A stretch of 64,000 nucleotides of DNA, from the sequence record NC_031039.1. The stretch is one strand, 5' to 3'. Both the position numbers and the translations under genes were made by a program. Each line of letters starts with the position of its first letter. Position 1 is the first letter of the stretch. Below, one piece after another: positions 63,761-64,000 of the stretch. The notes under the pieces are model-generated. The model was given only the letters and a program-made list of their open reading frames with translations. It was not told the DNA's origin and did no database searches.

Positions 63761-63991
63761 CTATCTTTTTAAACATTTACAATCTTTATCACATAGTGAA
63801 TGTAAACTATGATTTTCTTCTCTTAATTTATCTCTCTCTTTTTTAATATTAGAAAAATGAAATAAATGAAGAAATATTAACATTAAAATCAGAATTGTAA
63901 TAAAACGAATTACAATATATTTCATAATACTATTATTATTCATACTTTTCCCCTTCAAAAACATACTCCAATAAGATTGGATATCTGTCAA
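63761..63991 (-). CDS. Small membrane protein with Cys-rich C-terminus
   Basis: One hydrophobic helix, short coiled coil, CDKDCKC; start uncertain. Confidence 0.4.
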   Translation of the reverse strand: MTDIQSYWSMFLKGKSMNNNSIMKYIVIRFITILILMLIFLHLFHFSNIKKERDKLREENHSLHSLCDKDCKCLKR

Positions 63992-64000
63992 AATATTTAC

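Noticed and set aside
1-64000. CRISPR arrays, tRNA genes and a Ugi homolog
   Set aside because: No regularly spaced repeats or cloverleaf/T-loop consensus seen by eye and no ORF resembles PBS Ugi; tRNAscan/CRISPR tools were not run

Overview
Very AT-rich 64-kb segment of a Bacillus-type jumbo myophage of the AR9/PBS1 (phiKZ-related) group. It encodes two separately encoded multisubunit RNA polymerase halves (a beta'-C subunit and a large beta-N subunit), a split family-B DNA polymerase subunit, an SF2 helicase, RusA, nucleotide-metabolism enzymes, an array of small early genes, a GH25-LysM endolysin and a beta-helix/tail-fibre module, plus tape-measure, baseplate and head proteins. Reading between the ORFs shows seven group I introns that the ORF track misses. 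Five split the RNAP beta gene (one exon is only 11 nt; one intron carries an HNH-AP2 endonuclease) and two split a tail/baseplate gene. All splice junctions were reconstructed by hand from P1/P10 pairing and restore continuous conserved reading frames. Two phage promoter classes are visible (AAATATATATTAT; AACA-N6-TA). Both endonuclease genes have promoter/hairpin switches, and an orphan promoter drives a candidate double-pseudoknot RNA with a 15-codon ORF at 57.7-58.0 kb. Family assignments are from motif recognition only; no searches were run.
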